Shown here: one piece after another, positions 38,047-46,864 of the stretch
Layout: every line of letters starts with the position of its first letter
Position numbering within the stretch: position 1 is the first letter of the stretch
Virus record (IMG/VR): IMGVR_UViG_3300045988_034415
Coordinates: 82,807-146,806 of that record
From: a virus
DNA length: 64,000 nucleotides
Strand: one strand, 5' to 3'
Position numbers and translations under genes: made by a program
The notes under the pieces: model-generated
Told to the model about the DNA's origin: nothing
The model's database searches: none
What the model saw: the letters and a program-made list of their open reading frames with translations, nothing else

Positions 38047-38244
38047 ATGAAAGCGAAGAAATCAAAATTAAGAACTGTATTTGGACGTAATCGGAACGAT
38101 GCAATTCATGCAAATAATGGTATAATGTATAAACTGACAAATCCTCTGTTTGAGGAAGCAGTAGGCTATTATTTGCTTGAACAAATCTCCACTTGGAGTG
38201 GGACGAGATATAAAGTACTAAAGTACGTAGTTCAGACCGTTTGA
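38047..38244 (+). CDS. small hypothetical protein (65 aa)
   Basis: ORF track. Confidence 0.3.
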   Translation: MKAKKSKLRTVFGRNRNDAIHANNGIMYKLTNPLFEEAVGYYLLEQISTWSGTRYKVLKYVVQTV

Positions 38245-38336
38245 ATGTGTAAAATGAATATTATTAAGAGTATGTAGGTCTGTGATAGATATACATGCTC
38301 ACCTTTTATTCGAGTTGACAATAATACTATATATTT

Positions 38337-38591
38337 ATGGACTACATCGAAGACGATTTCACAGATGCTCTAATTGATGCAATTTGTGAGAAATCACCAA
38401 GCACTTGGTATACCTTAATAGGAGAGAACTTTGACCCAGACGAAGAGACAATAGTCAAGGAAGCTGACAATAAGAAGGACATTGAAGATGCATTTAATGA
38501 AAGCAAAGACGACTTTGATTTATTATATGTAGTACTTAATGATGAATCTTATGCGGCATGTTCCAAAGGCTCTAAACTTATTTGGAAGTAA
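38337..38591 (+). CDS. small acidic protein (84 aa)
   Basis: ORF track; strongly acidic. Confidence 0.4.
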   Translation: MDYIEDDFTDALIDAICEKSPSTWYTLIGENFDPDEETIVKEADNKKDIEDAFNESKDDFDLLYVVLNDESYAACSKGSKLIWK

Positions 38592-38608
38592 ATAACGATT
38601 AAAACCTC

Positions 38609-38926
38609 ATGGTGTATAGGTTAACCATGCGCACATTTATGGTATTCGAATACGTTCATTCAAGCGGAATTAAACTACGTCCAGCTAGACCTTTAACTAA
38701 CAGCATATTATACATTTACAATCCAATTGGCAACGAATGGATGCATTTGTGTAAAGAGGACATACATGGACATCTAGAGCTATTGACATGCTTTAGTAAT
38801 GGTGCTACTATGTATCAGGTAATTGAAGGTCTTAAGAAAGTAGTAGAGTATTGGGGAGATGACTATCTCGTAGGTCGCAGAGACTTTTACAAAGAGATTA
38901 TAGACATCTATTCCTCACACCGATAA
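38609..38926 (+). CDS. hypothetical protein (105 aa)
   Basis: ORF track. Confidence 0.4.
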   Translation: MVYRLTMRTFMVFEYVHSSGIKLRPARPLTNSILYIYNPIGNEWMHLCKEDIHGHLELLTCFSNGATMYQVIEGLKKVVEYWGDDYLVGRRDFYKEIIDIYSSHR

Positions 38927-39646
38927 CATCACAGGGTTTAGCTCTTCTAAGTAGTTGCAAATGCTTGGAATCCTTTACGTGCAAAATGGACATAATGCAT
39001 GTATTGCCCAAATTAAGACGTTCCTGCTTCACGCGTTAAAGCAGGAGTCCATTATGGTTGTTTTAATTACATTAATCTTTAAGTTTTAAACAGCGTCCTG
39101 CATTGTTTGTGGGTTTTGGTATGGCTCCTCTGCCAAGTAATGCGTACAAGAGCTATGATAGACTCACAAAGAAAATGTATTTGTGAGTAAACAATGGTGA
39201 AACCACATTGCTTTAAGTAGTAATGTGGGGACCATTCCGCCCTATTTGCAATTATGAACTGCATAGTGACAGAGACCTAAGAGAGGGAAGCAAATGAGCG
39301 TTGACTATCGTAGCGAAAGCTGCGTTCCACCATCGTACGTAGGGGTGTGTGGGTAATCGGCTAAAGGAACGTTCTGCAACTTGTGCCTCACAAGCATGAG
39401 TTGTACGTAGAGTACGTGTGGCAGCCTGGAATAGACAGGCAATTATATCAAAAACTCAATAACTTCCCAAGACATTGAGGGCACCAGTTTCTTATGGGCA
39501 GAAGTATGTTAGATAGGTCACTAGTTCTGTGCGCAGAGTTAGTAAGCTGTCGATTAAAGAGAGAAGCATTCGGCATGAGAACCCGACTACTCGTAAGTTT
39601 TAGGTGTAAAATGCAACCACTAGAAACCTCACACTGAATAGGTAAA
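38927..39646 (+). ncRNA. candidate large structured non-coding RNA (720 nt ORF-free, GC-enriched block)
   Basis: No ORF of 60 aa or more on either strand except a short antisense one; GC content visibly above the flanking genes; GNRA hairpin cgtaGCgaaaGCtgcg at ~39306-39321. Confidence 0.3.
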
Positions 39647-39946
39647 GTGTACATAGTTATGAGTAAATACGATGATTGTCACAGAGTTGACAATAGATAT
39701 ACCACAGCTATAGGAATGAGTGTGTGGAGATTCTTTAACATTGGCAAATATAAGAATCAGAAAGTGAAAGACGTCTGTTACTTTAATCCATTCTATGTAG
39801 CATGGTGTCTGGAGAGCTGGCAGGGATTTAGTCTTACTAGCTACGAACGTTCCAATTACATGAAAGGATTAGAACGTCAGTTAGAGAAAGACCCTGAAGA
39901 CCAAGAACTCATCTTAAAGGTGAGTAAATGTAAAACCATTGTATGA
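39647..39946 (+). CDS. hypothetical protein (99 aa)
   Basis: ORF track. Confidence 0.4.
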   Translation: MYIVMSKYDDCHRVDNRYTTAIGMSVWRFFNIGKYKNQKVKDVCYFNPFYVAWCLESWQGFSLTSYERSNYMKGLERQLEKDPEDQELILKVSKCKTIV

Positions 39947-40285
39947 TTATTTTTACAGAAATGATATAGTCATCCACCATAATGGGTACGCCCGGAGACT
40001 AATGCAGAGCATCTCTTATACCAAACAGTATCCTCCTTTAATACTGGAGAGATGTCTTATCGTGAGATAAGGCAAAGGAGTGTGGCACAGAAAGGTGGAT
40101 TCCTTTACTTGTAATAATATTTTTGTTCGTTTTATTACAGCATATCCTCCCGTGACGGGAGTGGCATCATGACTAAGCCTTTACGTGGCGATGCTATAAG
40201 TAAGTCAATAGACTGAAACTAATTAGTTCTTTATTAACGTTTCACTAAAACCTCGTGAGTGTATAGGTAACTCATTAGATTAATT

Positions 40286-41092
40286 ATGAAGACATTAAAA
40301 TCATCTCTCAAGTTCAGTGTAGTAGAAATCACACCGAAAGATGCAGAAGTACTATTGTCAAAGTATTTGCACAATCGGCCTATTTCTAGAGACAATATCA
40401 ACAAGTATGCTATTCAAATGTCTGAAGGTAAATGGCATTTGAACGGTGAGGCAATCATTATAAATGATAAAGGTCTTACTGATAACGGCTATCATCGTCT
40501 AGCAGCGTGCATACAGGCAGGTGTTCCATTTCAAACTGTGCTCATAGAAGGTGTTAAACACGAAACTTGGACTACCATAGATACTGGTAAAACAAGAAGT
40601 GCAGGTGATGTGTTTGGAATCATGGGCATTACTAATCCTACCCAGAAAGCTTCCATTGTGGCTAAATATTACGCTTTGACCAAGGGCTTGAAAGGTTTGG
40701 CTGATGCTGGCGCTCTTCACAGACTTAGAGGGACTGGTCTGACTCGTCAAGATTTGTTGAACATGTACAGAAAGTATGAAACTACCTTTGATGAGGTTAC
40801 AGGACTTGCACTCAAGTACAAGAAGTACACTAAAGGATTACTCCATGCATCTATGATTGGTGGTGTAACAGCTTATCTTGTTCTTGATAAGAAGCATAAA
40901 TTAGATACTCTTGACGACTTCTGGAACAAAGTATCTACAAGCACACTTCCGTTGTATACGAGTGGTCGTAATCGTTTGCTGTCTGTGCGTGGTCAGGACA
41001 AACAAAAGGTTGTGACTGACCTGTGGAATAAATATATCTCTTCTAAAGAGAACATCCGCGTTAATATCACGTCTGCAATAATCTTTAAGTAA
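40286..41092 (+). CDS. ParB-like nuclease domain protein (268 aa)
   Basis: Motif GLTDNGYHRLAACIQAG (ParB N-terminal domain G-x-HR-x-AA signature). Confidence 0.5.
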   Translation: MKTLKSSLKFSVVEITPKDAEVLLSKYLHNRPISRDNINKYAIQMSEGKWHLNGEAIIINDKGLTDNGYHRLAACIQAGVPFQTVLIEGVKHETWTTIDTGKTRSAGDVFGIMGITNPTQKASIVAKYYALTKGLKGLADAGALHRLRGTGLTRQDLLNMYRKYETTFDEVTGLALKYKKYTKGLLHASMIGGVTAYLVLDKKHKLDTLDDFWNKVSTSTLPLYTSGRNRLLSVRGQDKQKVVTDLWNKYISSKENIRVNITSAIIFK

Positions 41093-41131
41093 CCAAAGGA
41101 GTGTGAGATTTCCATATTTTAAAACCTGGCA

Positions 41132-41671
41132 GTGAGTAGGTTAACTGCCAACTTATCTATGACTAATGAATTAGCAGAGGAATACAGAGAGCTTAAACGT
41201 AACTTAATACCCATATTGTTACAGACATGTGGTAAAGAGCGTTTATGTGATGCTGTAGACAAATGGTTATTAGTAAAATCCGGTATCAAAGTAATATCTA
41301 AATCATGGTATGAAGGTGGATTGCCTGGTAAAGAGTATGTGGTAATTAAGGATACTTCAGTACTTGCTAGCTATCCCTCTAAAGGTGCTAATTATGAACA
41401 TCGTCTTGCGAGGTATAGAGCCTACACTAAGGCATTTAACCATGTAAGAGAAGAAGGAATACCTTTGGCTCCTATACAGGTTGATAAATTTACCAAAGTA
41501 CTTGTCAATGGAGTAACACTATGCCTTATCGGAACTTTTGAAGGTAAATCAGAGAATGACTTTATCAAAGAGATATCTGGTAAGGTTTACGTAAAGGCAG
41601 GTACTGATTCGGTAGATGTTATTAATCTACAAACTAGAAGAACTAAAAGATATAAAGTTCAGTACACATGA
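41132..41671 (+). CDS. hypothetical protein (179 aa)
   Basis: ORF track. Confidence 0.45.
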   Translation: MSRLTANLSMTNELAEEYRELKRNLIPILLQTCGKERLCDAVDKWLLVKSGIKVISKSWYEGGLPGKEYVVIKDTSVLASYPSKGANYEHRLARYRAYTKAFNHVREEGIPLAPIQVDKFTKVLVNGVTLCLIGTFEGKSENDFIKEISGKVYVKAGTDSVDVINLQTRRTKRYKVQYT

Positions 41672-42012
41672 AACTATACTTTAACTATACACAGAACTTC
41701 ATCCTTGCAGATTGTGAGGGTGAGGTTATTGATATGAGAACTGGCCAGCCTTCTGATGCCAAACTACAATCTCGTCTTAATAGCTACAAAGATGAAACTA
41801 CATCTAAGTGGATTCCTATTAAGGACTTAGGAGATTTGTATGATATGTCAGATAGTGATGTAACAGTTTCTGGCAGCTTAATCACGATGTCCATTGACGG
41901 ACATAAGGTTACAGCTAGACATAAGGTGTCAGCAGGAGTTAATTATGTACAACTGACTGGACACTTCCCTCGCTACTTCTGGAAAGGATTTGCTAACTTA
42001 TTAACTAAGTAA
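41668..42012 (+). CDS. hypothetical protein (114 aa)
   Basis: ORF track; 4-nt start/stop overlap. Confidence 0.45.
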   Translation: MKLYFNYTQNFILADCEGEVIDMRTGQPSDAKLQSRLNSYKDETTSKWIPIKDLGDLYDMSDSDVTVSGSLITMSIDGHKVTARHKVSAGVNYVQLTGHFPRYFWKGFANLLTK

Positions 42013-42014
42013 CA

Positions 42015-42248
42015 ATGTTATCGCAGATACAATTTAGGAAACAGAGAATACCATGTACTCTCAATCATCAATCTATTACTTCTCGTGAAGGTAAGTTGCT
42101 TCTTGGGTTTGGAACTAACCAACCCATGATGCAACAAGCCGAAAGACAAATTGCCAAATATCAAGTTCCTTATGAGACATCTGATTTAAATGGCATGCTT
42201 TCAATCATTATTGATTATTCTATTATCAGCAGTGTAACAACAATCTAA
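42015..42248 (+). CDS. hypothetical protein (77 aa)
   Basis: ORF track. Confidence 0.35.
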   Translation: MLSQIQFRKQRIPCTLNHQSITSREGKLLLGFGTNQPMMQQAERQIAKYQVPYETSDLNGMLSIIIDYSIISSVTTI

Positions 42249-42258
42249 CCTTTAAACA

Positions 42259-42501
42259 ATGGATATAAAGAACAGTCCTATAGTTAAACATGCAATTAAC
42301 AATGACAAATCTCTTCTTCCCGGAATCATCGCTTACAGCTGCAAAGAAGCTATGGTAATGGCTAAGAGAGAATGCGGTGATTTTATAGACTTCGCCAAGG
42401 AGTGGATACAGTCCTCCAAACAGCTTTGCGAAGAAGAGAACATTCCATGGGAACAGATTAGGGCAGCAACTGGAGATTCTATTGATAATTATATATCATA
42501 A
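42259..42501 (+). CDS. hypothetical protein (80 aa)
   Basis: ORF track. Confidence 0.4.
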   Translation: MDIKNSPIVKHAINNDKSLLPGIIAYSCKEAMVMAKRECGDFIDFAKEWIQSSKQLCEEENIPWEQIRAATGDSIDNYIS

Positions 42502-42812
42502 TCTCCTTTCCGTCTAAAAGAGAGTCTGATGAGTCGTTGAAAATTACGACGAAACTTCACTGTGATTGGCATGTCACGGTGGGGTCACTCTTAACCAATA
42601 TTAGTAATTATGAAACTCACTAAGAATAAGAAAGACAATATAATAATTAGTTCTGCCATTGGAGCATTAGTAATTATTAATATTATGTTGCCTACAGCTG
42701 GCGATTTTACATATGTAGTCGGAGCTATAGGTATTGTTGCGGCCATAGGAGTCTGGTTCTTACCAGACTAATCAAATAATTAATAAATCAAACTCTTTAA
42801 ATTTAGAAGGAA

Positions 42813-43436
42813 ATGAAGAAATTACAAGAACGCCTGAAAGCTGGTATTGATTTCAATCCAAAGAAAGACCCATGCTATGATTCTATCGTAGAAGAAGCTG
42901 AAACTATTCTTGGGCATGTGCTCGATGCCGCTGAAGGCAAAGAAGTTCCTTACAAGAACTTCACTGTTGGTGGCGGTTATGACGAAAGGAAAGACCGTGA
43001 AATCGTCATTGTTCGTGGTGACGGTGAAGACTTGCTCGTTATGGAAGTTAAAGACGAATCTATTCGTGTTCAACCTCATGAACGTCATGCTGTCACTCTG
43101 AATGAGGATGACGAAGCTTCTGCCCGTGAAATCTTTGACATTCTTATGAAAATGAGAGACCAAAGACAAGGCTCTACATTTAAAGTCGAAGAAGGCAAAA
43201 AAGCTTTGTTTGAGTTTCTGAAGGATATATCTAAGGCTATCGGTGCTGATGTTGAAGGTGTTGAAACGCCAGAAGAGCTATTAAAAGCTCTCAAGGCTAG
43301 AGAAGAAGGCAATGAAGGAGCCATAGAAGATTTGATGCGTGAACAACGCATTCATCTTACTATGCACATGCTTGACTGTTCCCGTGAGAAGGCAGAGAAG
43401 ATTGTAAAGAACTTTGAAGAAGCTGTGAAGCGTTAA
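42813..43436 (+). CDS. acidic hypothetical protein (207 aa)
   Basis: ORF track; E/D-rich. Confidence 0.45.
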   Translation: MKKLQERLKAGIDFNPKKDPCYDSIVEEAETILGHVLDAAEGKEVPYKNFTVGGGYDERKDREIVIVRGDGEDLLVMEVKDESIRVQPHERHAVTLNEDDEASAREIFDILMKMRDQRQGSTFKVEEGKKALFEFLKDISKAIGADVEGVETPEELLKALKAREEGNEGAIEDLMREQRIHLTMHMLDCSREKAEKIVKNFEEAVKR

Positions 43437-43446
43437 TAATGCCAAG

Positions 43447-43515
43447 AGAGGATTAGTTCAATGGTAGAAGGCTAGTTGCGAACTGGCGGAGGGAGTTCGA
43501 ATCTCCCATCCTCTC
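43447..43515 (+). tRNA. tRNA (short D-arm), anticodon probably GCG (Arg)
   Basis: Acceptor AGAGGAT/ATCCTCT, T-arm GGGAG-TTCGAAT-CTCCC, anticodon loop TTGCGAA; D-arm non-canonical so the isotype is uncertain. Confidence 0.55.
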
Positions 43516-43596
43516 CAATCATTTTAAAGTTTTGTATAGTTTAGGCTTGCCCCAGTCATGTTGTGAAACACACTTGGGCTTTTAATTAATAAGTGT

Positions 43597-43950
43597 ATGA
43601 ATCAGAATGCAGTTAATTCTTTAAGGAATGCCAAGAGGCATATTCTTATTAGCGATGTTGATAAGTTCAATAGCCATTTATTGTATTACATATTAAATGT
43701 TATATATGGAACACATGACCATATTAAATTAAATACGATACGTGAAAGACTTGAACGTGAGCTTAAATGGTCATTGGACGAGCATATTCCTGATAAGGAT
43801 GTAATTAGAGAATGGCTTGACAATGATTACCCTCTTATATGCATAACAGAGTTATCGTTTGACAGTTGTATTAAACTTGCCAACGATTTCCCAGATTATG
43901 AAATTGTAGTTTATAGTTGGATGAAACATGAAGGGAACTTACCATTTTAA
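43597..43950 (+). CDS. hypothetical protein (117 aa)
   Basis: ORF track. Confidence 0.45.
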   Translation: MNQNAVNSLRNAKRHILISDVDKFNSHLLYYILNVIYGTHDHIKLNTIRERLERELKWSLDEHIPDKDVIREWLDNDYPLICITELSFDSCIKLANDFPDYEIVVYSWMKHEGNLPF

Positions 43951-44086
43951 ATGGAATAAAAATAACTCCTAGGCTATTAAGTCTGTAATGGGTACGCTAC
44001 TCAATGTAGCACAGGAAGATACTGATAGCTTTTTTGTTCAGGTTTGAGAGACCTCCTGGCATGAGAGGATAATCATGCCGTTCTAT

Positions 44087-44608
44087 GGGCCTAGATTTGG
44101 TTTTGACAGGCGATTACAAGTTAGTAAGACGTGTAGAGTTCGTACCAACTCTTTAATAATGATACAGCAATTTAAGTGGAAACACTGAAGTAAGAATGGC
44201 AGCCTAAGCTGCTGGCTTAATTAGTGGACGTCATTGATTAAGTCGGGTTAATTGGAGAGACCTAGAAACAGAAGAGGTGTGGGAAGAAGCGTATAGAGCA
44301 GCCCACTTAACTTGAAAGCCAAAGGTTAGTAAAGCTGAAATCTCCACTACCTATCTATGGGTTACAAATAGAAACGTTCTCCAACGTAAATGGAGTGGTG
44401 GAGCGACCGTTCGGTCAAGCCCAGTTTGGTAGTTTGTGAACAACTAAGTCGTAGCCCTACGAGGGAGACGTAATTGGTGAATTAACACTCGGCTTCTTAG
44501 TAAAACTACCTACATGCTGAACTCAACAGCTGATGTAATAAAATAGAGACACACGTAATCTTATTAATGAGGGTTGTTTGGACGGCGGTTCGACTCCGCC
44601 TAGGTCCA
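44087..44608 (+). ncRNA. ssrA: tmRNA (ssrA), ~520 nt
   Basis: 5' GGGCCUAGAUUUGGUUUUGACAGGCG resembles E. coli GGGGCUGAUUCUGGAUUCGACGGG; 3' GGACGGCGGUUCGACUCCGCCUAGGUCCA resembles GGACGCGGGUUCAACUCCCGCCAGCUCCACCA; acceptor GGGCCUA pairs with UAGGUCC; short frame ...GNTEVRMAA-TAA at 44163-44207 about 90 nt from the 5' end. Confidence 0.7.
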
Positions 44609-44636
44609 CTATTATTAACGTTTAAATATCAATTTT

Positions 44637-44990
44637 ATGGGATTATTTATTATTGCAGTGATTGTTTTACTTATTTGTGTATGTCTTTCGCGAGTAGGGT
44701 CTAAAGACCTAAGAGGAGTTGCAGTGGCAGTTGAGGTTGTATTCTCAATAGCAACAGTTGGGGCAGCGATTTCATTACCATTCGCTATTACAAGGAATAT
44801 TCAAATTATTGGCAAGCACGCAGTGCTCAAAGAAACATTGGAGGCTACTGATAGGAAGAATTACTATCTTATATCTAGTGATGTCTTAAGGCTTAATTAT
44901 ACCATCATGAATCATAGGAACTTTGTAGACAACTTCTGGATTGGGATATGGTATGATAAGGACGTAGCTAAATTGGAACTATTAAAATGA
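44637..44990 (+). CDS. membrane protein (117 aa)
   Basis: ORF track; two hydrophobic helices. Confidence 0.45.
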   Translation: MGLFIIAVIVLLICVCLSRVGSKDLRGVAVAVEVVFSIATVGAAISLPFAITRNIQIIGKHAVLKETLEATDRKNYYLISSDVLRLNYTIMNHRNFVDNFWIGIWYDKDVAKLELLK

Positions 44991-45268
44991 AAGCAAGGTT
45001 ATTAAAGAAACTTCGCAAGGAGTCAAAGAAGCTGAAATTAATAAGAGGTGAGGATTATCAATACATAGTTACTGATAGTCCTCATGACATATTAAGACCA
45101 AAGCTTGATACTTACTACAGTGGCACATACTACTGTGGTCAAGAATTATTATTTGACGAAGATGTAATTGCATGGTTACATCAATGCAGACGTAATTGGA
45201 TTCTGTCCGAGGTTAAACGAATGCGTGTACATCTGCGTAAATCTCGAATTAGAATATATAAAGAGTAA
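44987..45268 (+). CDS. hypothetical protein (93 aa)
   Basis: ORF track. Confidence 0.45.
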   Translation: MKARLLKKLRKESKKLKLIRGEDYQYIVTDSPHDILRPKLDTYYSGTYYCGQELLFDEDVIAWLHQCRRNWILSEVKRMRVHLRKSRIRIYKE

Positions 45269-45294
45269 TTGTTTCACTAAAAGTTATTGAAATT

Positions 45295-45792
45295 ATGGGA
45301 AAGAGGTCAATATCCGATGATGACATCGTTCGGATTTTTAACACGGTAAAGGCAATGAATCCTGGGCCTTTTAAGATTACAGATGTAGTCAGGGATTTAA
45401 AGAAGAATGGCTTCCCAAGGCCAGAGAACTTCATGGCTGTTTTGCGTAAGCAGGGAGTGATTGAACCTGACGGTGCTATCTATACTAAAGGATTTATGTG
45501 GAAAGAACATGGCCCTTTGTATAAGACTAGAGTCATTGAATTGATAACTATCAGCAGGAAAGAAATGGCTAAGATACAGAGAGATGCATATGCTAAGAGA
45601 ATGGCTATTAAAGCTGGCACTTACGTAGCACCTCCTAAACCTAAGCCACAAGCTGAAATGGAAGCTGTTACAGAAGCGGAAGAAGACAAACATCTGATTC
45701 CTATTACACAGGCTGAAATGGAAGCAATCAAATTCCTGAAATCGAGAGGTTATAGAATCACTAAATTAATAACAGTTGAACAGATAGTATGA
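45295..45792 (+). CDS. hypothetical protein (165 aa)
   Basis: ORF track. Confidence 0.45.
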   Translation: MGKRSISDDDIVRIFNTVKAMNPGPFKITDVVRDLKKNGFPRPENFMAVLRKQGVIEPDGAIYTKGFMWKEHGPLYKTRVIELITISRKEMAKIQRDAYAKRMAIKAGTYVAPPKPKPQAEMEAVTEAEEDKHLIPITQAEMEAIKFLKSRGYRITKLITVEQIV

Positions 45793-46484
45793 AGTTTACA
45801 GTACAAGGGAACACGCCATTCAGTGCACACATTTGCCAATATCTATATGATTTGGAAAGCAACTTTGCTAAGGAGAAACTATCATTGCCACTTAGTCAGA
45901 TTATAGCTCATATCTTATATGGGACTAAGAGAATCAGACTTGGTAATGAAGCTATTCCGTCCGAAGCAATCACTATTTTGGAAGAATGTATTGAAGCTAA
46001 TCAGCCAATACCAGTCAATTGTATCTTCGGCAGTTCTGAATCGGAGAAAGACTATGTTGACATTGCTGAATTTCAATCTCTTCAAACGTTGAAGGATATA
46101 AGCAGGAGAGTTGCTAAATTCTACTATCCAGGCTTGAACATAAGACTAGATGTAGTAGGCGATTCAAAATATGTTAGTAAGGTGATGAGACTAGCAACAG
46201 TCCTAGGTGGTTTTACCATAGGCACACACCAATCAGCTATTAATGTATCATTCGCTCACTACCGGCCAGCACACTATTATTATAAGTCTATTCCGTCTCG
46301 AAACATTCTACGAGGTGGATATGTTCCAGCTTGGGACGGTAGAGGTTATTTATACTTAGAATCCCCACATGATATTGTGAGTATGATAACTACAGCTGAC
46401 AATCCTGATATTCTTTCGACGACTGTGGTGTTAGAAGCAAACGAAGAGACGGTAGACCTTCGTGTGGACTATCTAATACCGTAA
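45789..46484 (+). CDS. hypothetical protein (231 aa)
   Basis: ORF track. Confidence 0.5.
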   Translation: MKFTVQGNTPFSAHICQYLYDLESNFAKEKLSLPLSQIIAHILYGTKRIRLGNEAIPSEAITILEECIEANQPIPVNCIFGSSESEKDYVDIAEFQSLQTLKDISRRVAKFYYPGLNIRLDVVGDSKYVSKVMRLATVLGGFTIGTHQSAINVSFAHYRPAHYYYKSIPSRNILRGGYVPAWDGRGYLYLESPHDIVSMITTADNPDILSTTVVLEANEETVDLRVDYLIP

Positions 46485-46864
46485 ATCCACTATTGACGAA
46501 TAGTGGTAGCAAAACTTGGTCTGAAGAACCAGTAGACATATTCCGGAGTATGTCTATGACTTAAAGGCTATATCAAAGAGTTGAAACCTGTATCTATTCG
46601 AACAGTAGGAGTTCACCTGATTAAGCATCAGAAAACAGTAGTGCAAATCTACTATAGATATTGTGTAAGAGAGAATCTACACGGTCTGCATTATATAATC
46701 AGCATGCAGATAGGTCACCAAGCAAACCTCTTTCCTGCCTGGTCAAGTGTGCATTACGGTCTGTAAGTGGCGAGCGGGTTAACGTATGTCCGATTGCCGT
46801 AATGCCGCTTGTTTATTGTTTAGAATAAAGAAAGACTCTCATAACAATAAATTTAAACAAAGAG

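Noticed and set aside
44550-44611. Stand-alone tRNA call for the T-arm GGCGG-TTCGACT-CCGCC with acceptor TAGGTCC
   Set aside because: No matching 5' acceptor half within 90 nt. The complementary GGGCCUA lies ~520 nt upstream in a tmRNA-like 5' context, so the element is interpreted as the 3' tRNA-like domain of a tmRNA.
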